In this document: one piece after another, positions 58,777-64,000 of the stretch
Position numbering within the stretch: the stretch's first letter is position 1
Layout of the letters: each line of letters starts with the position of its first letter
NCBI GenBank assembly: GCA_965203055.1
Contig: OZ241863.1
Coordinates: 192,001-256,000 of the forward strand
DNA length: 64,000 nt
Source: Spirochaetia bacterium
GTDB taxonomy: Bacteria > Spirochaetota > Spirochaetia > SZUA-6 > Bin103
Reading direction: 5' to 3'
Position numbers and translations under genes: made by a program
Notes under the pieces: generated by a model
Seen by the model: the letters and a program-made list of their open reading frames with translations, nothing else
The model's database searches: none
What the model was told of the DNA's origin: nothing

Positions 58777-59205
58777 ATGATCAGTCCCGCGTTGGTCATT
58801 ACGATCGCCATCCAGGTCGCCTGCCAGGCATTCAAGGTGATCTATTATTCGATTCGCCACCGGCGGCTGGAGGCGGAGCGCTTCATCTCCACCGGCGGCA
58901 TGCCGAGCGCCCATTCCGCCTTCGTCGCCGCGCTGACGGTGTCGGTGGGCCTGGTCGAGGGCTGGGGTTCCGGCGCGTTCACCGTAGCGGTGGTGCTGGC
59001 CGCGGTGGTGGTGTTCGACGCGCTGCGCCTGCGCCGCATCGTCGACCGTCACAGCCGGCTGCTGCAAGAGCTGGTGACCCTGTTGCCGGAGGGGCGGCGC
59101 GGCTTCAGTCCGATGGTGGTGGGCCACAGCGTCGGCGAGGTGGCGGCCGGGGTGGCGGCCGGCGCGGGCATGGCGCTGGCCGCCTATCTGCTGTTTCTCG
59201 CCTGA
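58777..59205 (+). CDS. Divergent PAP2 family protein (DUF212)
   Basis: GGMPSAHSA, VV.DA..LRR, GHS..EV. Confidence 0.88.
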   Translation: MISPALVITIAIQVACQAFKVIYYSIRHRRLEAERFISTGGMPSAHSAFVAALTVSVGLVEGWGSGAFTVAVVLAAVVVFDALRLRRIVDRHSRLLQELVTLLPEGRRGFSPMVVGHSVGEVAAGVAAGAGMALAAYLLFLA

Positions 59206-59230
59206 GCCGCGCCCGCGGCCGGCGGCTGCG

Positions 59231-60079
59231 TTACAGGTCGCCGACCAGCCCCGTATCGGTCACCCGGTAGAGCTCGCCGCCGGCGAAGGTCACGTACAGA
59301 ACCGCGCGGCCCGCCTCGGCGAAGGTGCAGTTGGTGGGCCGGTCGGCCGGCGTCGGATGGGTGGACAGCACGCGGCCCGAAGCTTCGAACAGGTAGATCA
59401 TCGGCCCCGGGCCGCGCTCGCGGTGGCCGGCGGTGGCGACGATCAACCCCTCGGTGGTCCGGGTCATGCCGTCTACGCCGCGTCCATCCCCGAAGTCGTG
59501 CAGCACGCGGCCCGCGCCGAGGCTGCCGTCGGGCGCGATCGGGTAGGCGCGAAGCTGGCGCCGCTGGTCGCGGCGGTGCGGACTCTCGGCGACGTAGAGT
59601 TCGCTCTCGGCGGCGTTCAACAGCACGCCGTTGGGGCGGTTGGTATCGAAGGTGACGCGCACCGCGGCGGCGCCCGGATCGACCCGGTAGACCGACTCAT
59701 GGTCCAGACGCATGGGCCGCCCGCCGTAGTTGGGGTCGCTGAACCAGATGGCGCCGTTCGCCGCCTGCGCCAGATCGTTGGGTTCGTTGAACGGCTGGCC
59801 GGCGTAGTGATCGGCGATCACCTCGGTGGCGGCGCCGGCGGCGTAGCGCACCACGCGGCGGCCGCCCCCTTCGCAGGCCAGCAGACCGCCGCCGGGAGCG
59901 CGCAGCAGGCCGTTGGCGCGGCCGGTGTTCTCGCGCCACACCACGCGCTCGCCGCGCTCCGGGTCGTAGCGCCAGGTGCGGCTGGCGCCGATCTCGGAGT
60001 AGAACAGATAGCGCCCGTCCCACACCGGTCCTTCGGTGAGGTGGTCGTGGTGAATCACCAGTTCCCAATTCCAACTCAT
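59231..60079 (-). CDS. SMP-30/gluconolactonase family
   Basis: TEGPVW, NGL, PND, PNG, DGM, PTNCTF. Confidence 0.92.
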   Translation of the reverse strand: MSWNWELVIHHDHLTEGPVWDGRYLFYSEIGASRTWRYDPERGERVVWRENTGRANGLLRAPGGGLLACEGGGRRVVRYAAGAATEVIADHYAGQPFNEPNDLAQAANGAIWFSDPNYGGRPMRLDHESVYRVDPGAAAVRVTFDTNRPNGVLLNAAESELYVAESPHRRDQRRQLRAYPIAPDGSLGAGRVLHDFGDGRGVDGMTRTTEGLIVATAGHRERGPGPMIYLFEASGRVLSTHPTPADRPTNCTFAEAGRAVLYVTFAGGELYRVTDTGLVGDL

Positions 60080-60096
60080 GGGTTCTCCTCCCGCCG

Positions 60097-61104
60097 TCAC
60101 GGCTCGCCCACCGCGGCCGCGCGGCGCTGCGCCATCTCCTGCTCCATCGCCTGCGGGTAGCGCGCCGGCGGTTCGCTCACCGCGGTGAGCGCCTGCGCCA
60201 GCTCGCCGTCGAGGCGCCAGCCGGCCGCGCCGAGATTTTCCGCCAACTGCGCGGCGTCGCGGGCGCCGACGATGGCCGAGGTGATGCCCGGCCGCTCCAC
60301 GGTCCAGCGCAACGCTACCTGCGCCGGCGTGTGGCCGCTCTCCGGCGCCCGCTGCAGCAGCAGGCGCAGCGTGTCGGCGGCCGTCGGCGCGAAGAAGCGG
60401 CGCGGATAGGCCCATCCCTCAGCCGAGCGCGAGCCGGGCCGCACCTGCTCGCCGGGACGATAGCTGCCGCTCAGGAAGCCGCCCGCCAGCGGCGCCCACA
60501 CCGCCACCCCGAGGCGCTTGTAGGCGCACAACGGCAGCAGCTCCAGTTCGACGTCGCGTACCACCAGGCTGTACTGCGGCTGGTAGCACTCGAACCGCGC
60601 CCAGCCGGCGCGGTCGCTGAGCCACAGCGCCTCGCTCAGCCGCCACGCCTCGTAGTTGCTGCAGGCCGCGTAGCGCACCTTGCCCTGGCGCACCAGCGTA
60701 TCGACCGCCTGCAGCATCTCCTCCAGCTCGGTCTCCACGTCGACGTGATGGACGTAGTAGAGGTCCACCCAGTCGGTCCGCAGGCGGCGCAGGCTGTCTT
60801 CGACGGCGCGCATGACGTGCGCCCGCGAGGTGCCGGAGTCGTTGATCCCGGAGCCCATCGGGTTGAAGAACTTGGTGGCCACCACGGCCTGCTCGCGGCG
60901 CCCCGCCAGGGCCTTGCCCAGCAGGCGCTCCGACTCGCCGCCGGCGTACGAGTTGGCGGTGTCGAAGAAGTTGACCCCGGCGTCCAGAGCGGCGTCCACC
61001 ATCCGCGCCGCCGCCGCGGCATCGGCGCTGACGCCGAACGTCATGGTGCCGAGACACAGCTCCGAGACCTTCAGCCCGGTGCGGCCCATCCGTCGATATT
61101 CCAT
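60097..61104 (-). CDS. Aldo/keto reductase
   Basis: LCLGTMTFG, DTANSY, ATK, SLRRL.TD.VDLY..H. Confidence 0.93.
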   Translation of the reverse strand: MEYRRMGRTGLKVSELCLGTMTFGVSADAAAAARMVDAALDAGVNFFDTANSYAGGESERLLGKALAGRREQAVVATKFFNPMGSGINDSGTSRAHVMRAVEDSLRRLRTDWVDLYYVHHVDVETELEEMLQAVDTLVRQGKVRYAACSNYEAWRLSEALWLSDRAGWARFECYQPQYSLVVRDVELELLPLCAYKRLGVAVWAPLAGGFLSGSYRPGEQVRPGSRSAEGWAYPRRFFAPTAADTLRLLLQRAPESGHTPAQVALRWTVERPGITSAIVGARDAAQLAENLGAAGWRLDGELAQALTAVSEPPARYPQAMEQEMAQRRAAAVGEP

Positions 61105-61196
61105 AGCTGGCGGCAGGGTACCACGGCCGCCGGCGCCGCGGTACCTGCCGGGGCCGCCCGTTGCATAACCGGCCGGAACCGCAATAATCGAACGGC

Positions 61197-62165
61197 ATGA
61201 AGCAACTGGGAATCGGGTTCTTCGGCGCGGGCATGGTCGCCAACCTGCACGCCGAGGCGGTGGCGCGCTGCCCGGGGGCGCGGCTGGTGGGGTTGTGGAA
61301 CCGGACCCCGGCGCGGGCGCAGGAGAAGGCGCGCGCCTACGGCTGCGCCTGCTATGGGAGCGCGGCCGAACTGTTGGCCGATCCCGCCATCGACGCGGTG
61401 CACGTGCTCACCAACCTGGAGACTCATCACCGGTTGACGCTGCAGGCCCTGGCCGCCGGCAAGCACGTGCTGGTGGAGAAGCCGGTCGGCGCCACCGTGG
61501 CCGAGATCGAGGAACTGGCGGCGGCCGCGGCCCGCGCGGGACTGGTGTGCATGCCGGGTCACAACTACCTCTACGAAGATGGCGTGCAACGCGCCGGCGA
61601 GCTGATTGCCTCCGGCGCGCTGGGGCGGCTGGCGGCGGTATACGTGCTGTACAACATCCACCACTCGGAGGAGATTGCGGGCCTGTTTCCGGGGGTGATC
61701 CGCCAGATCCTGACCCATCACGCCTACCTTCTGCTCTATCTCGCCGGCCGTCCGACCGAGCTCACCGCGATGAAGGCGACGCTGCACTACGAGCGCCTCA
61801 CGCAGGAGGATATCGCGCTGGTCAACCTGCGCATGCAATCGGGCGCCTTGGCGCACCTGGAAGCCAGCTTCGCCGCCGATGACCACACCGCCGATCCCTG
61901 GACGGTGCTGGTGAAGGCGATCGGCACTGACGGCGCCGCCCGTTACAGCTACCGCGACTGGGTACAGAACAAACCGGCGGACGCCCACTCCCAGACCTAC
62001 AGCGCCTACCCGTACACGATCTACCGCGAGGTGCGGCACTTCGTGGCCCACGTCCGGGAGGGCGGGCCGGCGCCGCTGTCCGGCCTGGAGGATGCCGCCA
62101 TGGCGCAACGCATCGTGGAGGCCGCGGAGCGCTCCGCCGCCGAAGGCCGGTCGATCAAGCTGTAG
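61197..62165 (+). CDS. Gfo/Idh/MocA oxidoreductase
   Basis: GFFGAG.VA, GKHVLVEKP. Confidence 0.9.
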   Translation: MKQLGIGFFGAGMVANLHAEAVARCPGARLVGLWNRTPARAQEKARAYGCACYGSAAELLADPAIDAVHVLTNLETHHRLTLQALAAGKHVLVEKPVGATVAEIEELAAAAARAGLVCMPGHNYLYEDGVQRAGELIASGALGRLAAVYVLYNIHHSEEIAGLFPGVIRQILTHHAYLLLYLAGRPTELTAMKATLHYERLTQEDIALVNLRMQSGALAHLEASFAADDHTADPWTVLVKAIGTDGAARYSYRDWVQNKPADAHSQTYSAYPYTIYREVRHFVAHVREGGPAPLSGLEDAAMAQRIVEAAERSAAEGRSIKL

Positions 62166-62171
62166 GCGCCG

Positions 62172-64000
62172 TCATGAGCGGCGTTGCTTGCGCCAGGCGT
62201 GGAACGCCACCGCGGCGGCCACCAGAAAGCGGTACTGATCCAGCGCCGCGGTAGCGGGACGCCGCAGCGCCTGCAGCAGGGTGGCGGCCACCGGCGTACC
62301 GCCGGCCACCACCGGCACCTGCTCCATGGCGCGCTCGGCGGCCGCGTAGAACGCCGGCGGGGCGTCGAACTGCGCCACCGGCGCCGTCACCAGGCTCAGC
62401 GTCTGCGGCGGCAGGCGCCGCTGCTCCTGCCGCTCGGCCACGAAGTCGGCAATCAACGCCAGGCCGCGCCGCGGCGCGCCGAGGAAGCCCTGATACAGCG
62501 GATAGAAGACGTCCGCCATCTCCAGGATGCCGGCCGCGGAGAGGATGACCTCGTCGCGCACGTACCTGGTGGGAGCGCGTTCCAGCGCCGCCAGCAGAAT
62601 GTCCAGACAACCCGGGTCGGCGAACAGCTCCAGCGCCACCGCGCCGTGGATCAGCAGCCGCGGGTTGCCGGTGGCGGTGAAGATCTCTTCGATGGCGGGG
62701 CGGCTGGCGTTGTCGCCGAGCTGCGCCAGCGCCATCATGCACTTGCCCTGCAGGAAGATGTCGGGGGAGGTCAGGCCCCGGCGCAACACCTCGGCGCCCT
62801 CCTGAATCCGCTTGCGGCCGATCAGTTCGGCCGCCTTGTGAGCGGTGGTGAAGGGCTGATGCTCCACCTCGGCCATGAGGGCGCGCGCGATCTCGTCGTT
62901 TGCCGGGATCTCGGACAGCGCGTCGAGCGCCTCGGTGCGCACCGCGAAGCGCGGCGACTCCAGGCTGCGCAGCAGCTCCGGCCCCGCCAGCCGCGACTGC
63001 GCGCCGCCGAGACGGCGCACCAGGGACTGCTCCCGGGCGGGGGTGCGGCTCGCCTTCAGGCGGTGCATCAGGGCCAGCGCGCGCAACTGCCGGGGCGAAC
63101 CGAAGATGCTCAGCAGGTCGTGGACCCGGTAGGCGCCGAGCCGCTCCAGCCGGGCGGTGAGCATCAGCAGACCGACGTAGGCGGCCATGAGCGCCCCGTA
63201 GTAGAGGCGGTACACGTCGCTGGTTTCGAGGTTGAGAGAAGCCAGGCGGTCCAGCGCAACGCCGCCGGCGATGGCGCCCAGGGTGGCCGAAATGCCGGTC
63301 ACCAGAAAGTTGAGGATGCCGAGGTTGAGCCGCTCCGCGCGCGGCGTCAGGTTGAAGTAGTAGACGGCGTGGGCGTTGGCGATGCCGTTGGCGCCAAAGG
63401 TGGCGAAGAAGAACACCACGCCCAGGTAGATCCACAACGCCGTCTGACTGCCCAGCGGCGGCGCTACCGCCACCAGCACCACGGTGACCGTCAGGATGGA
63501 GGTGAAGATCGTCATCAGCGGCTTGGCGCCGACGCGGTCGATCACGAAGCCGCTCACCAGCGCCATGACGATCGCGCCCACCGAGCCGACCGCCCCCAGC
63601 AGCATGGCGGCGTTGTCTCCCAGGCCGTGGACCCGTTTCACGTAGACCACCAGGAACGGCAGCACCATCGACGCGACGAAGCTGTTCACTCCCAACAGGA
63701 GCACGAAGCGGGCCACGCCGGAGCGGCGCATGACCCGGACTACCGACCTGACGAAGCCGCCGCCGCGGGCCGGCGCCGGCGGTTCCGGGAAGCGGAAGAC
63801 GACGCGGGTGGAAAGGAAGCCGACCAGGATGCCGGCGCCCAGCAGCAGCGAGAAGAGAAACAGGGGGGACTGCTCCTGCAGCAGCAGGCCAACGCCGACC
63901 CCGGTGCCGATGGCGCCGAAATGGCCCACCAACTGGTTGCGCGCCAGGAACGAGCCGCGTTCCTCCTCCGTGGTGATGGTGCCGATGACGGCGTTGTGGC
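62172..64000 (-). CDS. MFS transporter with C-terminal HEAT-like repeats (5' end outside window)
   Basis: Frame open to the window end; IDRVGAKP MFS motif; helical repeats such as VRTEALDAL and ALAQLGD. Confidence 0.85.
   Translation of the reverse strand, partial: HNAVIGTITTEEERGSFLARNQLVGHFGAIGTGVGVGLLLQEQSPLFLFSLLLGAGILVGFLSTRVVFRFPEPPAPARGGGFVRSVVRVMRRSGVARFVLLLGVNSFVASMVLPFLVVYVKRVHGLGDNAAMLLGAVGSVGAIVMALVSGFVIDRVGAKPLMTIFTSILTVTVVLVAVAPPLGSQTALWIYLGVVFFFATFGANGIANAHAVYYFNLTPRAERLNLGILNFLVTGISATLGAIAGGVALDRLASLNLETSDVYRLYYGALMAAYVGLLMLTARLERLGAYRVHDLLSIFGSPRQLRALALMHRLKASRTPAREQSLVRRLGGAQSRLAGPELLRSLESPRFAVRTEALDALSEIPANDEIARALMAEVEHQPFTTAHKAAELIGRKRIQEGAEVLRRGLTSPDIFLQGKCMMALAQLGDNASRPAIEEIFTATGNPRLLIHGAVALELFADPGCLDILLAALERAPTRYVRDEVILSAAGILEMADVFYPLYQGFLGAPRRGLALIADFVAERQEQRRLPPQTLSLVTAPVAQFDAPPAFYAAAERAMEQVPVVAGGTPVAATLLQALRRPATAALDQYRFLVAAAVAFHAWRKQRRS

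Overview
High-GC bacterial chromosomal window, probably from a diderm. Family-5 SBP style, a spirochaete-like Zn-ribbon protein and FN3-repeat lipoproteins suggest a host-associated lineage such as a sponge symbiont (inference only). 1-14.3 kb: surface-glycan locus with a >1,390-aa multidomain membrane protein missing from the ORF track, glycosyltransferases, epimerases, two FN3-repeat lipoproteins and a beta-barrel. 14.4-24.8 kb: pyrR-pyrB-pyrC-carA with a PyrR-binding leader, peroxiredoxin, SBP, MggS-like GT, msrA and a sigma factor. 24.9-30.2 kb and 40-46 kb: two eroded defence patches, each with one copy of a ~1.7-kb element. The element has imperfect terminal inverted repeats and no transposase. 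It encodes an HNH nuclease with an in-frame array of DNA palindromes, a leaderless promoter overlapped by a palindrome, and complementary scraps of a type IIG R-M gene. Neighbours are an AAA/PD-(D/E)XK gene, an orphan methyltransferase with a nuclease stub, an AAA+RloB pair and an orphan hsdS. The rest is metabolic or housekeeping (prs, fabF, uxaE, sulfatase, MoxR/DUF58, oxidoreductases). All family assignments are from motif recognition, not database searches.
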